Of a DNA stretch of 7,468 nucleotides, positions 1 through 7,468 are shown piece by piece. The stretch spans positions 1-7,468 of the forward strand of contig JBJCIZ010000644.1 in NCBI GenBank assembly GCA_051294375.1. The letters are read 5' to 3'. A model generated the notes under the pieces. The model ran no database searches, was not told where the DNA came from, and saw only the letters and a program-made list of their open reading frames with translations. The position numbers were made by a program, and so were the translations under genes. Numbering within the stretch: the stretch's first letter is position 1; each line of letters opens with the position of its first letter. The DNA comes from Paraspadella gotoi. Its lineage: Eukaryota; Animalia; Chaetognatha.

Positions 1-204
1 CGTCTAAAAAAATCGTTCCAATCGACGACAGGTACAGTCAGCGCGACGGTCGGAAATGCCGGCGTGGAAGCCGGCGGCGTCATCCTTAACGTCGAAGCGA
101 TGACGGCCGGTATAATACCCACCGTAGTAATAATAGTCATCCGGGATGACTGGGCGAGCGAAGGTGAGCGCGAAACAGCACATCGCGAGGACAAGCGGAA
201 TCAT
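1..204 (-). CDS. 5' part of a putative secreted protein with a signal peptide; runs off the window edge
   Basis: MIPLVLAMCCFALTFA-RPVIPDDYYYYGG looks like a signal peptide plus cleavage site. A neighbouring frame is open from ~200 to base 1 (…TPPASTPAFPTVALTVPVVDWNDFFR). Confidence 0.5.
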
Positions 205-249
205 CTTTGTTGGTTATTTGAGAGAAAAGTCGGAAAAAAAGTTCAGAAG

Positions 250-294
250 GCGAAAAGCGGAAAAAGTGAAAAGCGAAAAAGTGAAAAGTGAAAA
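250..294 (+). repeat. Six degenerate tandem copies of G(C/T)GAAAA(A)
   Basis: gcgaaaa gcggaaaaa gtgaaaa gcgaaaaa gtgaaaa gtgaaaa, upstream of the - strand ATG at 204. Confidence 0.8.
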
Positions 295-364
295 GGAACA
301 ATGGAAAAAGAAACTTATCAGTTGACAGGAAGAAAAACTTTCGGAGCTCTAGGGTCATTAGTCA

Positions 365-370
365 TTTATA
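365..370 (-). promoter_or_regulatory. Possible TATA box for the leftward gene
   Basis: TATAAA on the - strand between the GA tract and ATG 204; motif match only. Confidence 0.3.
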
Positions 371-398
371 GATAAGAAGGGAAAGAAGAAAAACCACC

Positions 399-624
<226 letters not shown>

Positions 625-650
625 CAGCAACTAACAATCAACATCTGTCA

Positions 651-1620
651 ATGTTTTTCCGTAAACGCGCGCTCGCGCGTGCCCTCTCAACCATGACGAT
701 CGCGTTCGATTCGACCGAAAAAAGAATCGACGTCATTTCCCCATTTCGCGCCATGGCATCGAGTCCTCATTTTTCCTTAATTTCTTCCGAAGAGGACGAA
801 CGAAAACAGAACGAAACTTTTTTCGACCAGTCTCTAACCATTTACAAAGTAAGCGAAGAAATCGATTTTCCTCAACAAGTAAAAGACAAAATAATTTTGT
901 TATGAAGAACGAAATTGCCAAACACTGCGAAAATTGCCACACCATCCGCGCGCAACAGGAACAACTCATTTCGTCCTTTAAAACTTTTGTGAACAAACAA
1001 ATAAAAAATTCTCCCCGAACCAGCCGATCTTCACCAAAACCGTTTACAAACCGCAGGAGAACATCTCAGAGAATTATGCGTAAGTCGACACAACGCGCCC
1101 CGCTGGACCTGTCCGTTCTCGCCAAAAAAAATCCCGCGCGATTGAGCGCCGAGGAAGTAGATTCGTATTTTCGTTCGAAAATTCACAGACTTTTCCTACG
1201 ATCCCAATCCTGACTCCGCACCCCCGTCACCGTCTTCCACCCAAGAATTTCACAACGCCGTTCTCACACCGACAATTTCGTTCCTCACGATTCGATGAAC
1301 CGGAACCGGAAGCGGAAGACCCCTAGAGTTCATACAACACTCATCACGACACCTTTTAAAAAAAAAAAAAGGACAAGATAATTTATGCCACAAGAACTTA
1401 ATTGCTCTGTTACGAATGTTTTCTACTAAACATGGAAATGACTTTTTACGCCGAATTCATCGAAGGTACCTTTACCCACGAAGAGATGTACATAAACGAT
1501 TATTTTTCGACCGATTCACCCACAAGAAGAAGATGCGATGATGAACTCTCCAACCCCACCACCGACGAAGGAGACGTCAGGATATCGCGGCGAACGAAGC
1601 GTCATCATGGACATTACTAA
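651..1620 (+). CDS. Putative frameshifted regulatory protein(s) with PLDLS and LxCxE motifs (E1A/E7-like)
   Basis: Successive + ORFs at 651-905, 902-1213 and 1402-1620. PLDLS at 1100-1114, LLCYE at 1402-1416 with acidic sequence downstream, and CENC/CYEC cysteine pairs. Start is ATG 651 or the strong-context gccATGG at 753. That these form one gene is inferred. Confidence 0.5.
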
Positions 1621-2986
1621 CGCCCCCCTTACCCCACCAACAACCCCTAAAACTAAATCATAAAACGGAAAAACGAAAAGAAAAAAATTACTAATATCCC
1701 AAATTCGTAATTATCAGAACCCAAATTGCGATCATGTAAATTTTTCTAACCACAAACATTTGCCATTGTACTTTAAACACGTAATCACGGACCACTTCGA
1801 AATAAAAAAAACAAAAAAAGTTAAAAACTTCTCGTGAAAACGTTGAACTCTCCCGACATCATATCGTTTTTAAAGAATCAACGACGACACCGATCCACAT
1901 GCCTTCGACCGTATCGTTCCGCGACTTTTGTGCAACGCCCCATCGACTCATGGATCCATTCTTCGCAAAGAGGAACGGGAGAAAGTTCGGCGCAGGGTCA
2001 ACCCCCCACCCCCCTTCCGCCCTGAAACGAATCCTGCAAGCGTCAACCCACCGCCACCCAGCAACGAATTCCCACCACGCAGCAACGACACGACCCCAAC
2101 CGAGGAGGAACCGACATCGACGACGAACAAACGTCCGGAGTCCCATGAGGAAGAGTCCGACGATTGGGAGGATGAAGAAGCATTTTACTAACAATAATTT
2201 TAAAAAAAAATTAGCCCTCTCGGTAAAAAGGACGAATACGAGAGTCTTTATTCGGTTTATTCTCAAGAGAATGTAGATTTTATTTTAAGTTCGTATCAAA
2301 AATCATTAGGCAAAATAATTCAATCGTTTAGATTCGTTCCTCGCGAAGAGTCAGCCGATTTCGTCGAACTACTCAACAGAGCCAAACCTCTTTTTAGTAA
2401 TATTATACTTTGAGAACTAAAAAAACAAAAATCTATCAAGTTTTCAGTAAAAATTCGTTTAGCTTTATTTTCCGCCGTAGGCACGTCCACCGACATGGGA
2501 GAAGAGAGCGACGTCGAACACATCGAAGACGCCGACTTGATATATTACGAAAGTCAACAGCCCGTAGAGATCCTGATTCGTGGGGACGGGTTACGGAGCA
2601 CGTTGAACAGGATATTCGAAAATTTGTTTTACGAGATTTCTGAATTAACGTTGAAATGATCCGGACTCGTCTATCTATACACAGTATTTTTAAAATTAAA
2701 TATATTTCGTTTTAAAAATATTATGAGTGTCGGCGGGGCTCACCAAAAATCCCGAAGTTCATCAGAAGAAAGAACGCGCTTTTAAACGTTCCAAGCAATG
2801 ATGGTAAATGTCTGCTGAATTGTATAATAGCATCAATTTTTAATTTTTCCTCAAAAACCGCCAAGTGGGAAAAAAATTATAGACCCTTTTATAAATATAT
2901 TAATTACGAAGGCGTGAATTTTCTGATCACCAGTCCGAGACAAATCGAAAAACTAGAGAAACTTAATAAAAATTTATTTGCCATTC
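1607..2986 (+). pseudogene. polB: N-terminal part of the same pPolB (frameshifted, with in-frame stops)
   Basis: 2219-2986 reads ...LK*SGLVYLYTVFLKLNIFRFKNIMSVGG / PKFIRRKNALLNVPSNDGKCLLNCIIASIF...INYEGVNF...IEKLEKLNKNLFAI. This matches the Polinton PolB N-terminal block (GSGW..L.I.KY..GS.YI.LP..I..K.A.INV.N.D.KCF..S...F.GI.FP...I.KFEK.N). The start at ATG 1607 (A at -3, G at +4, same frame as ORF 1928-2191 and 2219-2745) is tentative. Confidence 0.8.
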
Positions 2987-3291
2987 AAAAAAGAGAGAGA
3001 TCATTAGTAAGTTTCCCCTCTCCGTCCTGATAATAAAAATGTAAAAATTTAACAAAATTCTTTTTATTTTTTCTTCGTTCGATCAGACATCTTTACGTTG
3101 AATCGTCCTAACGGTTACGAAAAGATCGTTCTAAGAGAGAAGGGAAAGAAGAAGGAAACGTGTCGTAACCACGACCGACGACGCGACCGATCGACCGAGC
3201 ACCAACCAACCGGTCTTCGAAAACGTTTTTCGGTAAGGTAAAAAAAAAAAAGATATTAAATTACGAAATGACGAAATGTCTCGTCGGGGAT

Positions 3292-3340
<49 letters not shown>

Positions 3341-3377
3341 CTCTCTTTCTCAGTCTCTCTCCTCTCTCTTCTTCTCT

Positions 3378-3423
<46 letters not shown>

Positions 3424-3501
3424 CTTTCGAATCTCGAAATATCGGAATCTCTCTCTTCTCTCTCTCTCTCCTCTCTCTCTCTCTCTTTTCGATCTCAAAT
3501 T

Positions 3502-3565
<64 letters not shown>

Positions 3566-3621
3566 GGAAAAGCGCTACTGACGATCGAGGAAAAAAGAGG
3601 CTCTCTGTCATTTTTTTATAG
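2987..3621 (+). CDS. Putative spliced 3' part of the secreted-protein gene (exons 2987-3006, 3087-3232, 3567 to ~3581/3621)
   Basis: Intron 3007-3086 has a GTAAGT donor, a TTTAAC branch-like site, a pyrimidine tract and CAG. Splicing gives the open frame KKREII-N-IFTLNRPNGYEKIVLREKGKKKETCRNH. A second donor G|GTAAGG lies at 3233, and the CT tract ends in CCAG|G at 3566. Confidence 0.45.
3007..3086 (+). other. Predicted 80-nt GT-AG spliceosomal intron
   Basis: GTAAGT...TTTAAC...TTCTTTTTATTTTTTCTTCGTTCGATCAG; AT-rich; its removal preserves an open frame. Confidence 0.6.
3295..3563 (+). repeat. Compound (CT)n microsatellite in three blocks with two related spacers
   Basis: TC blocks at 3295-3420, ~3448-3485 and 3506-3563; spacers at 3421-3447 and 3486-3505. 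Confidence 0.98.
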
Positions 3622-3733
3622 GTAAAAAAAAGGTAACGATTCATCATATGTACATATATTTACAAATTATAATTGGCAAACAATAATTATGGATAGAAAT
3701 ATTTATATACATATTTACAAGTTTCAAAATTAT

Positions 3734-6700
3734 TCACCCCTTCTTTTTTTCTCTAAAATTTCCTTTTTTTCTCTTGAGGGCGGGGGTATTTCATACAACA
3801 TTCTTTTTTCGGTGTAATTTGATATGGGGTGATTAAAGGGCAAGTTTTTAACGCATTACGGAAAAAAACTTAAGTCGAAGGATTTAAACTTTTTTTTGAT
3901 AATTCAAGCAAGTACATAAATGTCTATGACTACGTAGAACATGATTTAGTATATTGTACATTTTGAAAATATAAACTTTTTACGTAGTCCTTCATACCGA
4001 TTTTTTCCGCCGCGGCGCTATCCACCCCTTTCAGTCTAATCTTTTTATCATAAGTTTCTTTTTTATAGTCGAAAGTCAAAAACTGTAAGCTTTGGCCTTC
4101 AGACCGGCAAACTGCGCGCTATTTGATTGGGGTAGATCGATCTTAAATTTCCATTAACTTTTTCGTTCTTTTTTTGCCATTCGAAAAGAGTATCCTTTAT
4201 ATTTTCATTATGGTGAAATAAGGATGATCTTTATCCAGATTGCTAACATCCACAACTTATGTAATTTAGCCATTGATTTATAAAAAAAATCCGGACCGTC
4301 TCTTCGAATTGAATAATACTTTTAGGCATACCGAATCCGTATCGGAGGCGAGGACTCTCACGTTGTCGTTCCCGGGGAAGGTGCGGAACTGGGCAATATG
4401 AATTCGTGGAGGCATATCTGGAGGTAATATTTGAAAGGTCTAACACACCCACCGTAAAGATCAGTCGTCCAGCAGTACCTTTTTTGTTGTAAGATTTGCG
4501 TAAATGCAATTTTCTGAAGAGATCATGGCGTCGATGAAGGCGTGGTCGGATATGGTCTTCAACGCCTCCCTCTCGCTAGTAATAAACTTAAAATTTAGCC
4601 ATTTGCCTCCCGCCCACTAACTTGCCGTAGATTACGTTCGAGACAATTTTGCTCTAGAACATTGTATTTTGCTCTTAGATTTTGCCCTTAGTCGATATTT
4701 CCCTGCACAAACTCTCGAAACACACCTTTTGGCGAAAAAAAATAATATTATTGACTCTGGTCAGTTTCACTCCTCTCGTCAGCAAATACTTAAGAAAAAA
4801 GGAAATGTATGAGATAATTTTTTTTCTTGTTAAAATCTACAATTAATTTTTGAACTTTAGCATTTTTTGTTCCGGTTTTAGCCATAAGAATCTTAGTGAA
4901 GGGGGACAGTTCGTCGGGTCGAGGATTCTGTTTTCGGTCAGGGGGGGAACACGTCGAACAAATGCTTGCCTTTCTGTGTAAACTAAATCCACATTAAGAA
5001 AATAACCTATATTACCAAAATTATCTATATTATTACCGGAATTGATTAAAAACTCTCTTTTAATTTCTTTCAGTTCCCGACCCCTCAAATATCGTAAACC
5101 CGCGTAAGGCAATTTATATTTTAATAAAATCTGGCATATAAAGAGTTGATGTCTAAGGGCAAAATGAGCAGGAATCGTAAAGAGGGGTGAGGTGATATCT
5201 CAGACCCTGCCAAATTTCTTCACCCCCTTCCCTCCCTTCCTTCCCTTCGTCCTGCTCTCCGAATCGATGCCCTTCCGATTGTATGATTTTTTAGCTAAAA
5301 TTAAAGCTTCTTTCCGCTTCCTCTAATAATTTATCGCTTATTTTAGCGATATCTTCCGGATGGGTTTGGTAATTAATTCGTCGTTCGATGAGCGTAATTC
5401 ACGAAAATACCCGACCAACCCCCCGTATGGATCGGCGAATTTCTTTGTAAATATCGATGGATCTGAGCATTCTAATTTTACGTTAGATTTATACTTACAA
5501 GCGTCAAAGCGAAAGCTGGTAACGAAAATAACGAGTTATGTCTAATTTAAAGATAGAATATAATTCTTTTCTTAAATTAACGATATTGTCTAATAATGAA
5601 TGGTGTCAATTTTACATAAATGCTGGCATACTCTCCCAAGTTTTTGCATTTTAATTATTATACATGTCTAAAGCTTCCTGATAGTCGCTCTCCGAAATGT
5701 TTTTTCGTTTGAGTCGTGAATAGAAATCTTCGTGTTTAGGGAATTCCGTCTGTTGTAACACGTTCACCCTTGAAGAAATCGTAGAAAAAGTTTGCTTTTC
5801 TGAGAAACGGGGCTAAGGATTCATCATAATTATTTCTTTACAAATTGATGAGTATAAAAAAAATTTTCTTTTAGTCTCTCTGCGCATTCTGGGCATGGGG
5901 TTCCGACCCTTTTTCGCCCCGACAGACGCAAGTATTATTTTCGACTAATTTACTCACTAGGGAGTCCAGGCTCTCAAAATTAAAGTAGTTACACGAATCG
6001 AGAAGGAAAAGCCTCAGTCTTACACTCTTTACATGATTTTTTCCTTTCATTGTTTATAAAACTCCTAATCCTTCTCTCTTTCTTTTAGGTGATTCATCGT
6101 CATCGTCCTGTCGTCCTGTCATCTCTCATCTCGTATTGGAGACTTCGTCAAGTCCTGGCCCCCCGTCGTTCGAGTCGAACTCCATCGTCATCGTCGCTGC
6201 ATCGGGTTTCTCACCGGCTTCCACGCCGTCCGGCCTCCAACGTTTCCACTCGGTCGTAAGCTTCGCTAATACCGGGCATGTCGGCGAAACCCATCTTTCT
6301 CCCTCTTTTTCTCTCTTCTGCTATGTTGGAACCGCCCCTTTGTATATTCTTCGATCTTTCTCTTCTTTCGGCTCTGCATTCAGGCAAAAGAAGCGAATGC
6401 TGACCTCAATCACTTTTCTTCCGTCTTACCCAAACTCCACTCTGCGAAAATAATGGCTTAAGTTCGCTATGGAAGAGGAAGAATCTGGGTAAATCATAAC
6501 TGAGATTTTGTATGGCTATAATTATTTGCTCTTGTCTATCAATGCAAATTCATCGATTGCAAACTAATGCATATATTTTATTGTTAATGTGTAATTCAAA
6601 TTCAATTTACCGGATAAATGTTCGTGATGTAAAACTTTACTGTGTTTTTGAAATAATAAATCATTTTTTTGGGAAGGAATCTTACATAATTCACATTTTT

Positions 6701-7468
6701 TGCTCTTTTGTACTCTTTCGGATTTTATCGTTATTTTTAATTCATTTTGGTAGTTATGAGTTCGTTTAATTCGTATGAATCGTTATACAGAGAATCCAAA
6801 AAATGTTTTTGAACTTGTAATTTTCAAATTCTTCTTCCTCTCGCCTGATAGTGCCTGATAGGAAAGGTATGTGTTTTATCATAGGTATTAATTATCTGAT
6901 AAGCGTATGAAACCAATCTTAAATTACTTATGATTTACTTCGTTTTAAAAATTCTTGCATGGCATGTCGCTGCCACATTTTTCGCAGTCCTACTGGCGTG
7001 TCGTTTTCGTGCTTGAATTGCACCAAGGTCTGTTCTTGCCTCTCCTCCCCCAAGGGATGTACTCTCTATTCAGAATTCAAATTTTTATTCAGTATTTATC
7101 GCTTCGGTGTCGCAAGCGCCAATGAATTTCGAACAGTAAAACGAAGACCATGATTTAAATTCGATGTGAGTGCCCGGTGGGGTCAGTACAAATTTTTGAT
7201 TTCTTTTTTTTTTGAAACATGTTTCGTAATGTGTGATTTTTTTAAGTATAACTTCCAAAGGATCTTAAACATTTAACCAGAAGAACTTCGTACGGTATTC
7301 CTGCTTATGGATGACGACAAGGAGTCTGGAGAGGACGAATGACCATGAAGTGGCTGGCCCTTTCCGTCTGTAATTAGTGAGTCGAACTGCGGTTTCTCGT
7401 TGCACGAGCTAATGAAAAACGGGAAAATTTCTAATTTCTTATTCTTGTAAATTCGTATGTGTAGATAT
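3734..7468 (-). pseudogene. polB: Protein-primed family B DNA polymerase, central and C-terminal part (many frameshifts as sequenced)
   Basis: Manual - strand translation across frameshifts gives collinear motifs: Exo I FIGACDTEA (CDTEA 7114-7100); CELC...KVLHHEHLSGK...CNR (6695-6551); Exo II AIQNLSYD (QNLSYD 6510-6493); LRLFLLDS...SLDSLV (~6020-5955); FLRKANFFYD, EDFYSRL, KNLGEY (~5810-5625); SIRGG (~5430); motif A DINSLY (5153-5136) then LPYAG and GYFLNVDLVY; motif B NVIYGK (4638-4621); motif C SDTDS (DTDS 4343-4332); FAGLKAKAYS and LKGV (~4110-4020); LPFNHP; TGA at 3736-3734 (end approximate). Confidence 0.93.

Noticed and set aside
375-390. 16-bp agaagggaaagaagaa repeated at 3138-3153
   Set aside because: It is a low-complexity purine run and the flanks do not extend the match.
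733-2523. - strand ORFs 733-996, 1859-2266, 1948-2130 and 2320-2523
   Set aside because: They are antisense to the better supported + strand coding regions.
2411-2659. Two in-frame TGA codons as evidence of an alternative genetic code
   Set aside because: There are only two cases among many other lesions, so single substitutions or read errors explain them.
2986-2987. Programmed inversion switch or ciliate-style gene scrambling
   Set aside because: No inverted recombination sites or pointer repeats beyond 1 bp flank the breakpoints, and no recombinase is seen.
3256-3498. - strand ORF of poly(RE)
   Set aside because: It is a translation of the CT microsatellite.
3295-3563. CRISPR-like repeat-spacer array
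   Set aside because: The repeats are variable-length dinucleotide tracts, there are no cas genes, and the context is eukaryotic.
4646-4691. Triple ATTTTGC(T/C)CT motif and its 13-bp inverted match at 5153-5165
   Set aside because: It lies within polB coding sequence (RAKSKSK...RAK), and a 13-bp match is expected by chance.
5360-7153. + strand ORFs 5360-5545, 6136-6453, 6512-6769 and 6959-7153
   Set aside because: They are antisense shadows of polB with no recognisable motifs.

Overview
This is eukaryotic (probably invertebrate-associated) DNA dominated by a frameshift-riddled gene for a Polinton/Maverick/adintovirus-type protein-primed family B DNA polymerase (pPolB). The gene lies in two oppositely oriented pieces: the N-terminus on + (~1607-2986) and the rest on - (7468 to ~3734). 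Joining 2986 to the reverse complement starting at 7468 restores the frame with no gap (NKNLFAI-H-IYTYEF). The other two free ends (1 and 2987) also appear to join in frame, rebuilding a spliced gene with a signal peptide and an RRKKR furin-like site. The window therefore looks like a ~7.47-kb circle or tandem unit with one arm flipped. It carries three genes: pPolB, an E1A/E7-like protein with LxCxE and PLDLS motifs, and the putative secreted protein, plus two long GA/CT microsatellites. I recognised no integrase, capsid, packaging ATPase or protease. All protein assignments come from manual translation and remembered family motifs, not database searches.
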